29,687 nucleotides of DNA, taken from NCBI GenBank assembly GCA_039798785.1, contig JBDKFG010000063.1, forward strand, positions 1-29,687. Reading direction: 5' to 3'. This document shows, piece after piece, positions 8,534 to 15,502 of the stretch. A program made the translations under genes and the position numbers. Each line of letters opens with the position of its first letter. Position 1 is the stretch's first letter. The notes beneath the pieces are model-generated. The model searched no databases and was not told the origin of the DNA. It saw only the letters and a list, made by a program, of their open reading frames with translations. This stretch comes from Verrucomicrobiota bacterium (GTDB lineage: Bacteria > Verrucomicrobiota > Lentisphaeria > Lentisphaerales > Lentisphaeraceae).

Positions 8534-8981
8534 GTTTTCGGAAGTCCGGCAATTGATCGAGGAAGGCGGGAGGGAAGCCGCTGAACCAGGCCTTTTCGGC
8601 GTCGAGTTTTTCGAGTTTGATTCGGCGACGGTAGTGAATCAGCATCCAATTCGATAAGTTTGCCAGAAGGAGAAATGAAACAAACCAAACGTTGGTTTTG
8701 CCGCCGTAGTAGAGCACTTGGATAGCAGAAGCCACCATGGCTACCATGAGAGCTGCGACCGCAACTTCGAGAATCAGAAGCTTCCGGCGACATTTCTTAC
8801 ATAAGCTGACCATGCCGAACAGCTGCGACCCAGCTTCTCGCCAAACCTGAAATCGGCTCAACCTTTTTGCCTGTTTCGCCTCCTCCGCATCACAGCATAC
8901 GCAGCGTTGCGGAAAGACCGAGCCGCGCTCGATGACGAGCAGGTGCTGTTCGCGCCAGAGGCCGGGGAAGGGATTAGTCAT
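8451..8981 (-). CDS. Hypothetical membrane protein with Cys motifs; C-terminus reads through REP arms
   Basis: GLWRE..LLVI....FPQRCVCC...LCKKC, two TM helices, FLDQLPDF. The last roughly 27 codons and the stop lie in repeat cluster 3. Confidence 0.7.
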   Translation of the reverse strand: MTNPFPGLWREQHLLVIERGSVFPQRCVCCDAEEAKQAKRLSRFQVWREAGSQLFGMVSLCKKCRRKLLILEVAVAALMVAMVASAIQVLYYGGKTNVWFVSFLLLANLSNWMLIHYRRRIKLEKLDAEKAWFSGFPPAFLDQLPDFRKRNKSRQDADELSREQQNTAGGTPALPG

Positions 8982-8983
8982 GT

Positions 8984-9149
8984 GTGTTCATCCTGGGAGC
9001 GCCGGCTGCCAGCCGGTAGGTGTTTTGCGTTGAGCGCGAAGCGGCGAACAAGCCGGCGGGACGCCAGCGATCCAGTAGGGGAGCGGCAGCTTGCCTGGGA
9101 GCGCCAGCTGCCAGCCGGTTGAGCTCCTCGTCCGGGACGGTCGAGTACG
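8984..9149. repeat. REP-like cluster 4
   Basis: CTGGGAGCGCCGGCTGCCAGCCGG (8993-9016), GCCGGCGGGACGCCAGCGATCCAGTAGGGGAGCGGCAG (9052-9089), CTGGGAGCGCCAGCTGCCAGCCGG (9095-9118) and a degenerate CTCGTCCGGGACGGTCGAG (9127-9145). Confidence 0.85.
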
Positions 9150-9171
9150 ATAGGGGAAGGGAGCGCGTACA

Positions 9172-9591
9172 TCATTTGAGCAGCCGGGCGTATTTGCCGA
9201 GGCGCATGGAGGCGGCCTTGGTGACGAGGCGTTCGTCGAGGGTGATCAATTGGCCTCCGGCGGCTTTGGCGGCGAGGAGGTGGAGTAGGTCGTAAACATG
9301 GGCATCGTGCTTGAGGGCGAGATGGAGCGCTTCGTCGAGAAAGGGCTGGGTGGGGTGGAATTGCCAAGGGGCATCGGCCCACCAGAGCAGGGCTTCGGAA
9401 GCGGCTCCCGCGCTGATTCGCTTACGCCGCGCGGCTTTCATCAAACCGTTGGCGAGTTCGCCCCCCAGAACATCGGCGCCATGGAGTTCGCCGACACTGG
9501 CAAGGAGAGCCAGCGCCTGCGGACGCGAGGCTTCGTCCTCAATGATCGAGGCGATCAAGACGCTGGTGTCGAGAAGGAAAATCTCGCTCAT
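9172..9591 (-). CDS. vapC: Type II toxin-antitoxin VapC/FitB-family PIN-domain toxin
   Basis: PIN acidic motifs FLLDTSVLI, GELAN, VYDLLHL and LITLDERL. 139 aa, with an ATGA overlap with the upstream antitoxin. Confidence 0.9.
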   Translation of the reverse strand: MSEIFLLDTSVLIASIIEDEASRPQALALLASVGELHGADVLGGELANGLMKAARRKRISAGAASEALLWWADAPWQFHPTQPFLDEALHLALKHDAHVYDLLHLLAAKAAGGQLITLDERLVTKAASMRLGKYARLLK

Positions 9592-9827
9592 CGTTCGTCC
9601 CGCATTTCCCGGATCATCTCGACGACGCTCTGTCCTTCAGGATCGGGTCGGCTTTGCGCCGCGAGTTTCCGGGCCCGTTCGATCCAGGCATTACGATCGA
9701 AGTTTTCGTGTTTCTGCGCCAGGCGCAAACGGGCCTCCGCCGAGATCGAGCGGTGATTGGCTTTGGCTTGCGCCTTGAGTTCCTCGTAGACCTTGTCATC
9801 GAGATTGCGGATGAGCAGGTTGGCCAT
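9588..9827 (-). CDS. FitA-like ribbon-helix-helix antitoxin
   Basis: MANLLIRNLDDKVYEELKAQAKANHRSISAEAR is an Arc/FitA-type RHH. AAGGAG RBS, directly upstream of the PIN gene. Confidence 0.9.
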   Translation of the reverse strand: MANLLIRNLDDKVYEELKAQAKANHRSISAEARLRLAQKHENFDRNAWIERARKLAAQSRPDPEGQSVVEMIREMRDER

Positions 9828-9842
9828 GGGTTTCTCCTTGAT

Positions 9843-9863
9843 GTGATAGCGTTATGATATCAC
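9843..9863. promoter_or_regulatory. Putative autoregulatory operator of the TA operon
   Basis: Imperfect palindrome GTGATAgcgttatgaTATCAC just upstream of the antitoxin RBS. Half-sites resemble the FitA-type TGCTATCA/TGATAGCA. Confidence 0.7.
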
Positions 9864-9885
9864 TTTATGCGGCAAGGCTGGGGAA

Positions 9886-10311
9886 TCAAGGCTCGTCCTT
9901 GGGCGGGAAGAGGCACCAGGCGAGGATCAGGCTGGTCAGGGTGGCAAAGCCCAAGAGGCCGGTGCGGCTGAAGGAGCTGCCATTGATGTAGATATTCCCC
10001 TCCGGCCCCAGAACAAAGAGGCCGCAGAGAACCAGGGGCGCGATCACCAGCACCCAGCGGCGGACAGGAGAAAGGATCGGTCGCTGAGCTTCTTCAAAAG
10101 CGTGTTTTTCGGCCTCTTGATCATATTCGGTCGACGCGGGCATGAGCATCCAAGAAGTGCTTCGCTTCAATTCGCCGAAAGATTGTCCGAGGGCTTCGAG
10201 GATGGTGATGCCACTCGGCAGCTCGCCGAGAGCGCGGCGTTCATGGATCTCCTTCAGGGTCCAGGGTCCACGGATATCCGAATCCTTCAATCGAACGAAA
10301 TAGCGATTCAT
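9886..10311 (-). CDS. GYF_2/DUF4339-like domain membrane protein
   Basis: The N-terminal YFVR....IRGPWTLKEI....ALGEL pattern is GYF_2-like, followed by two C-terminal TM helices. Confidence 0.6.
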   Translation of the reverse strand: MNRYFVRLKDSDIRGPWTLKEIHERRALGELPSGITILEALGQSFGELKRSTSWMLMPASTEYDQEAEKHAFEEAQRPILSPVRRWVLVIAPLVLCGLFVLGPEGNIYINGSSFSRTGLLGFATLTSLILAWCLFPPKDEP

Positions 10312-10398
10312 GAGGGTCCTTGCTTTTTTGCGTGCGTTGAAATCAATCTCGCACCAAAAAAATTCAAAAGCAAGTCCGAAGTGAAGAAGGATGAGGAA

Positions 10399-11175
10399 TC
10401 AGGGGCTGATGGGGGCGGCGTCGAGTGCTTTCTCCTTTTCGACGGCGATCGCAGTGCCGGCGCGATTGACCGCGTTAATCAGGGCCAGGAGATTGGGGTT
10501 GGCTCTCGCCTGATCATACAAGAGAAGTTGACGCTTGTCTTCTGCATCCAATTCGGACTCGGGTCCGTTGTCGATTTCAAAGGTGTGTCCCACGGCATCA
10601 CGATAGACGCTGTAAACTTTGCCGCCTTTGCGATACATGTTGGTAATGGTCAATGTCTTGTCATCCAAAGGGGTGCCCAAGGCTTGTGGAACAGTTTCAG
10701 TCGGGGGCGCAGCGACAGGATTCAGTCCGAAAGCTTTCATGCCGATCGCGGCGGCTTTATTGACACCAGCGGGATCGGAATTCCGCAAAACGGCGCCAGA
10801 GGAAGCTACTGTCGCCAGCTTCTGTTCCGGCGTCATCTTGTCGATATGTTTTTTCATGCCCAAGGCCTTGCGCTTGAGGGGCTCGATCATCTTCTCTTCG
10901 TCATCGAAGTTGATGTCGCGCTGGGTGTCGACATCATATTCCTTCTCCGGAGTCGCGGCGAGGGGAGTCGATTTTCCACTGGACTGAGCTTCTGCGCCCT
11001 TGCCGCCACTGCCCGATCCGCCGCCACCCTCGGGGGCTCCCGGGGCAACACCGGCGCCTTGCGGCGGATTCAAGATCTGCAAGCCGACGAAGATACAAAT
11101 TCCGACGATATGGAGGCCGACGCTGACCGCAACGATGCGGCGGAAAAGGGAGGGGGGCTCAGCTTTCATATTCAC
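10399..11175 (-). CDS. Hypothetical membrane-anchored protein (258 aa)
   Basis: N-terminal TM helix (IVAVSVGLHIVGICIFVGL) then a Gly-rich linker. The start overlaps the flagellin-like stop (ATGA). Confidence 0.7.
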   Translation of the reverse strand: MNMKAEPPSLFRRIVAVSVGLHIVGICIFVGLQILNPPQGAGVAPGAPEGGGGSGSGGKGAEAQSSGKSTPLAATPEKEYDVDTQRDINFDDEEKMIEPLKRKALGMKKHIDKMTPEQKLATVASSGAVLRNSDPAGVNKAAAIGMKAFGLNPVAAPPTETVPQALGTPLDDKTLTITNMYRKGGKVYSVYRDAVGHTFEIDNGPESELDAEDKRQLLLYDQARANPNLLALINAVNRAGTAIAVEKEKALDAAPISP

Positions 11176-11882
11176 CCGATGAGGGATTTGATGCGATCGG
11201 ATTCCATCTTCTGGCCTTGCGCCTGCATTGCCAATTGCACTTGGCTGAGGATGGCGTTCTGGGTGAAGGCGAGGAAGGATTCGCTGAGGTCGGCGTCGCC
11301 GAGGCGGGAGCCGGTTTTCATCAGGTTTTCCTGGGTGGAGAGGGATTGGCTGTAGCGCATGTCGAGGCGGCGCAGTTCCGAGCCGGTTTCGGCCTGGCGG
11401 GAGGAGATCGCTTCGATGCCGTCGGAGACCGCGGTGGCGAATGACGAGGAGCTGACATCCTGGCCGCTGATCGAGCTGAGCATGTCAGTGAAGCTTGGGT
11501 CGTCGAGGAGCTGCTGGCCGTTGAAGCGGGCGTCGCGGCGGATGTCGCCGAGGCCCTGGACGAGCTGGTCGGCCTCGGTCTGGAGGTTGGCGCGGTCGGC
11601 GCTGGAGAGGATGCCGGAGCCGGCCTTGACCGAGATTTCGCCGAGGCGGGCGAGGGTCGACTGGGTGGCATCGAGCCAGGAGCTGCGGGTCTGCTCAAGC
11701 GACGTGGCGTTGAGATCGTTGCGCGACTGGGCCGACTCCATTCCGTAGGCGGCCATCATGCGGCTGCTGATGGCGATGTCCGAGGGCGGCGCGGTCTGGA
11801 AGCTCTTCTTGCCGCTGGCGATTTCACGCATCCGGGCGGACATCGCGGCGACGGGATCGGAGCTGAGGGATGTGACGATCAT
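11172..11882 (-). CDS. Minimal, divergent flagellin-like protein
   Basis: Flagellin N-domain motifs (IASGKK, LARLGEISVKA, SSADRANLQTEADQL, RFNGQQLL) and C-domain motifs (RQAETGSELRRL, ENL..TGSRLGDADLS, AILSQ...AMQAQ). Only 236 aa. Confidence 0.85.
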   Translation of the reverse strand: MIVTSLSSDPVAAMSARMREIASGKKSFQTAPPSDIAISSRMMAAYGMESAQSRNDLNATSLEQTRSSWLDATQSTLARLGEISVKAGSGILSSADRANLQTEADQLVQGLGDIRRDARFNGQQLLDDPSFTDMLSSISGQDVSSSSFATAVSDGIEAISSRQAETGSELRRLDMRYSQSLSTQENLMKTGSRLGDADLSESFLAFTQNAILSQVQLAMQAQGQKMESDRIKSLIG

Positions 11883-11911
11883 CTTGGGCCTCGCGAATTT
11901 TATTCCAAGTC

Positions 11912-11940
11912 ATTATATCCCAACAAGTCATTGAACGCAA
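11912..11940 (-). promoter_or_regulatory. Sigma70-type promoter for the flagellin-like gene, overlapped by a 9-bp direct repeat
   Basis: Minus strand reads TTGCGT-17 nt-TATAAT, 30 nt before the ATG. CAAGTCATT is repeated at 11906-11914 and 11924-11932. Confidence 0.7.
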
Positions 11941-12057
11941 GAGGGAAATGCCAGCAGTCCTGGGACTGGAGAATCCGAGCTGGAGTGATTGACTCCGGCC
12001 ATCCTCGGGATAGCTTGGGTTTTTGCAAGCAAGAAAATCACTTCAAGAACCCTGAAA

Positions 12058-13209
12058 ATGCGTGAATTCCTCCTGGTTGCGGCCTTCACCGCGATCGTCG
12101 GCCTTGGCATCTCCGGCAGCCTCTATTCCCATGATCCGGCGCGGCAGCACCTGATGAGCGGCCTCGTCGGCCTGATTTCCCTGGCCGCCTACGTCGCCGG
12201 ATTCAAGATCTGGGGCCGTGCGGATGACCGTCAGCGCCGCCGCCTCACCGCCTGCCTGCACTCCGTCCTGATGCTCGACCTGCTGCTACTCGTCTTCATG
12301 GGGGCGATGACGGCGACGACGCGTTCCGGCATGGCCTTCACCACCTGGCCTCACGCCAACGGCCTGCTCTGGCCCTCCCTCGACTACTGGTGGCACAATC
12401 ACGAGTACTTCTTCGAGCACGGCCACCGTCTGCTCGGGCAGCTGGCCGGCTTCCTTGCCATTCTCGCCCTGGTCTGGGCCTGGCGCTCGCGACGGGAGGA
12501 GCCGCGGGCCTTCCGGGTCGTCGTCGCCATCTTCCTGATGATCTGCCTGCAGGGGCTCCTTGGCGGCCTGACGGTGAAGATGGGGACGCACTGGTCGACT
12601 TCGCTTCTGCACGGCCTTTTCGCCCAGATGGTGATGGCGGCGATCGCCTGGATGGTGCTCAGCGCCACCGAGAGCTGGCGGCGGCTACGCCCGCTGGAGG
12701 AGGAGAGCGCCTACCTCCGCTGGATGTCAAAATGGACCTGCATCATCCTGGTCATCCAGAGCGGCCTCGGCGCCGCCTACCGCCACTGCAGCAAGGTGCT
12801 TCTGAAGGATGCCGAGGGCCGGATCCTGGTGAACGCCGAAGGCCGCACCCAGTATCTCGAGTGGAACGACGGCAACACTCCGCTGCTCTTCGCCCACATC
12901 GGCTTCGCCGTGTTCGCGCTGACCTTCGTCCTGATGCTCGGCATGTCTCTGCGCCGGCATGAGACGCCGCTGCTGCGCCACCTGTCGCTGGCCCTGCTCT
13001 TCTGCACCTTCGCCCAGGTCGCCCTGGGGGTGGTCGCGGTCTTCACCGTCATCCACCGCAGCGACGGCGTTTTCAACACCCATGAATCCCTGCTCACCTC
13101 GGGTCACGTCCTCAACGGCGGCCTTCTCTTCGTGCTGGCGGTGCTGATCTCGACCCTGCTGCGCCGCCAGGCTCCGCGCCGCAACTTCTTCTCTCCGGAG
13201 GCTCCCTAA
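12058..13209 (+). CDS. ctaA: Heme A synthase (COX15/CtaA family)
   Basis: Multi-TM protein with EHGHRLLG, QGLLGGLTV, LLHG, AHI, QVALG and GHV His motifs, adjacent to heme O synthase. ATG at 12058 preferred over the ORF-track start. Confidence 0.85.
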   Translation: MREFLLVAAFTAIVGLGISGSLYSHDPARQHLMSGLVGLISLAAYVAGFKIWGRADDRQRRRLTACLHSVLMLDLLLLVFMGAMTATTRSGMAFTTWPHANGLLWPSLDYWWHNHEYFFEHGHRLLGQLAGFLAILALVWAWRSRREEPRAFRVVVAIFLMICLQGLLGGLTVKMGTHWSTSLLHGLFAQMVMAAIAWMVLSATESWRRLRPLEEESAYLRWMSKWTCIILVIQSGLGAAYRHCSKVLLKDAEGRILVNAEGRTQYLEWNDGNTPLLFAHIGFAVFALTFVLMLGMSLRRHETPLLRHLSLALLFCTFAQVALGVVAVFTVIHRSDGVFNTHESLLTSGHVLNGGLLFVLAVLISTLLRRQAPRRNFFSPEAP

Positions 13210-14132
13210 TGCAGCCGGAAACCGAAGAGCCGCGCCCGGCGGGCGGGCCCCTGGCCTTCCTCGCCGTCGCCCTGGAGCTGACCAAGCCGCGACTCACCCT
13301 GCTGGTGCTGGTCTCGGGCGCCTGCGGCTGGCTTGCGGCGCGCAACCCCTCCCTGCCTCTCGACCGTCTCGACTGGCTCGAGCTGGTCAAACTCGTCATC
13401 GGCCTTGCCGGAGTCGGCGCCGCCTCGAACATCGTCAACCAGGCGATGGAGCACCGTCTCGACGCTTTGATGGAGCGGACCAAGGCCCGCCCGGTGCCCT
13501 CCGGCAGGATCAGCGTCATGGGCACTTATGTCCTCGGCCATGTCTGCCTGCTGGCCGGCATGGGCTGGCTGGTCTACTTCTTCCCGCCTCCGGTCGCCGC
13601 CTGCACCTTCCTCACCTATCTGACCTACATCATCGCCTACACGCCCTTGAAGACCCGTTCGTCGCTGAACACCTTGGTCGGCGCGGTGCCGGGCGCCTTG
13701 CCGATCCTCACCGGCTGGCTGGCCAACTGGCAGCGTCCGGAGTCGCAGATGGCCGGCATCAGCCTCTTCGCCATCGTCTTCTTCTGGCAGCTGCCGCATT
13801 TCTTCGCCATCGCATCGATCTACAAGGACGACTACCGCCGCGCCGGCTACCGGATGGCCTCGCTCTATGACCCGAGCGGCAAACAGGCGGTGATTCTGAT
13901 CTGGATCTCGACCCTCGCTCTCTGCGTCATCTCCTACGCCCCCTTCGCCGCCAAGCTCTGCGGCCTGGTCTACCTCTTCGGCGTCTCCCTCCTCAACGCC
14001 GCCCTGATCGCGGTCAACATCCTGCTTTCGCTCGACCGGGAACGGCACATGCGCACGGTCTTCCGCGCCTCCATCGTCTGGCTCACCCTCACCATGATCT
14101 TGATCGTCACCGACCTGGAGAAACACTCATGA
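13209..14132 (+). CDS. ctaB: Protoheme IX farnesyltransferase (heme O synthase)
   Basis: ELTKPR, NQAMEHRLDALMERTKARPVPSG, YTPLK, GAVPGALP, WQLPHF and YKDDYRRAG motifs. Confidence 0.95.
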   Translation: MQPETEEPRPAGGPLAFLAVALELTKPRLTLLVLVSGACGWLAARNPSLPLDRLDWLELVKLVIGLAGVGAASNIVNQAMEHRLDALMERTKARPVPSGRISVMGTYVLGHVCLLAGMGWLVYFFPPPVAACTFLTYLTYIIAYTPLKTRSSLNTLVGAVPGALPILTGWLANWQRPESQMAGISLFAIVFFWQLPHFFAIASIYKDDYRRAGYRMASLYDPSGKQAVILIWISTLALCVISYAPFAAKLCGLVYLFGVSLLNAALIAVNILLSLDRERHMRTVFRASIVWLTLTMILIVTDLEKHS

Positions 14133-14599
14133 TCGACCTCCCCTGGCAGCCCACTCTCAGCGCCGTCCTCAACGCCACCGCCGCCACCCTCCTCGTCCTC
14201 GGCTACCGCGCCGTCCGGCACGGCTCCCTCGCCACCCACAAGAAGCTGATGATCTCGGCCTTCGCCTGCTCGACCTGCTTCCTCTCCAACTACCTGGCGC
14301 AGCGCTTCGTCCACGGCGCCTTCGTCTTCCAGGATGATTCTTATCTGAGAAGCCTCTACCTCCTCCTTCTCGTCCCGCACACGATCTTGGCGATGACGAT
14401 GGTGCCGATGATCCTGATGACCTTCTACTACGCCTTCCGCGGGATGAGCGTCTCCCACAAGAAGCTCGCCCGGATCACCCTGCCGGTCTGGCTCTACGTC
14501 TCGGTCACCGGCGTCATCCTCTTCGTCTGGCAACAGGTGGTCTTCCCCGACAAGATGGTGCCGATGAAGGCGAAACCCGAGGCGTCCGAGAAGAAGTGA
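14129..14599 (+). CDS. DUF420 family membrane protein (oxidase assembly-associated)
   Basis: LNA, HKKLM.SAF..S..FL..Y, H..LA and HKKLARITLPVWLYVSVTG motifs. ATGA overlap with ctaB. Confidence 0.9.
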   Translation: MIDLPWQPTLSAVLNATAATLLVLGYRAVRHGSLATHKKLMISAFACSTCFLSNYLAQRFVHGAFVFQDDSYLRSLYLLLLVPHTILAMTMVPMILMTFYYAFRGMSVSHKKLARITLPVWLYVSVTGVILFVWQQVVFPDKMVPMKAKPEASEKK

Positions 14600-14606
14600 G
14601 GCGGCA

Positions 14607-14662
14607 GGCGAGTCGCCCTGGCAGGGACTTGATCTCCGCCCTCTGAAGCTGGTCGACTCGCC
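14607..14662. terminator. Inverted repeat between convergent genes, possible terminator
   Basis: GGCGAGTCG...CGACTCGCC with a long loop and no U-tract. Confidence 0.3.
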
Positions 14663-14669
14663 GCCCGGA

Positions 14670-15416
14670 TCAGCTCAGGCGGCCGGCCAGGACTTCGGCG
14701 ATATGGGCGAAGCGCAGAGGCGAATTCTGGCGCGAGCCGAGGCCGCCGACGTGCATCAGGCAGCTCATGTCGGTGGAGACGACGATCTCGGCGCCGGCCC
14801 GGCTGCAGTCGCCGAGCTTGTCGCAGCCCATGCGCACCGACACCGCCTCTTCGGCGACCGCGAAGGTGCCGCCGAAGCCGCAGCATTCGTCGGGGCGCTC
14901 CAAGGGCATCAGCTGCAGACCCTCGACCATCCGCAGCAGGGCTTCCGGCTTCGAGGCGGGAGGATCCATCCGCTCCGAGGCGCGGCCGAGGCGGAGCTCG
15001 CGCAGGCCGTGGCAGGCGCTGTGATAGGCGACCTTGCGCTCGAGACGGAGGCCGGGAAAGGATTCGACCTTGAGGACGTCGACGAGGAATTCACACAGCT
15101 CGTAGGTGCGCTTGCGGACCTGCTCCGATCGAGCGTCGTCGGCACACAGCCCGTCATAATGCTTGCGCACCATCGAAGTGCAGGAGCCGGAGGGCGAGAC
15201 GATGTAGTCGTAGCCGTCGAAGACCTCGACGTACTTGCGGGCCAATGGTGCCGCGTCGTCGTTGCAGCCGCTGTTGGCCATCGGCTGGCCGCAGCAGGTC
15301 TGCGCCTCCGGATACACCACGGTGCAGCCGAAGCGCTCCAGCACTTCCGCCGTCGCCAGGCCGACTTGGGGATAAAACTGGTCGATGAAACAAGGAATGA
15401 AAAGCGCGACTCGCAT
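14670..15416 (-). CDS. lutA: LutA/YkgE-like (Fe-S)-binding protein with two CCG domains
   Basis: MRVALFIPCFIDQFYP, QTCCGQP, SGSC, YHSACHGLR, ECCGFGGTF and DMSCLMH. True start at 15416. Confidence 0.9.
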   Translation of the reverse strand: MRVALFIPCFIDQFYPQVGLATAEVLERFGCTVVYPEAQTCCGQPMANSGCNDDAAPLARKYVEVFDGYDYIVSPSGSCTSMVRKHYDGLCADDARSEQVRKRTYELCEFLVDVLKVESFPGLRLERKVAYHSACHGLRELRLGRASERMDPPASKPEALLRMVEGLQLMPLERPDECCGFGGTFAVAEEAVSVRMGCDKLGDCSRAGAEIVVSTDMSCLMHVGGLGSRQNSPLRFAHIAEVLAGRLS

Positions 15417-15502
15417 GGGATTCCTGCAGGGCTGTTGTCCGCTACTTTCGTCCGGATTCAAAAGAGGGCAAGAGATAAATAGGTATTTATTTGAAAAAGC
15501 TT

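Noticed and set aside
1..9149. Repeats as classical integron attC sites
   Set aside because: I could not find RYYYAAC...GTTRRRY boundaries on the hairpins and there is no intI in the window. A covariance-model search would be needed to exclude this fully.
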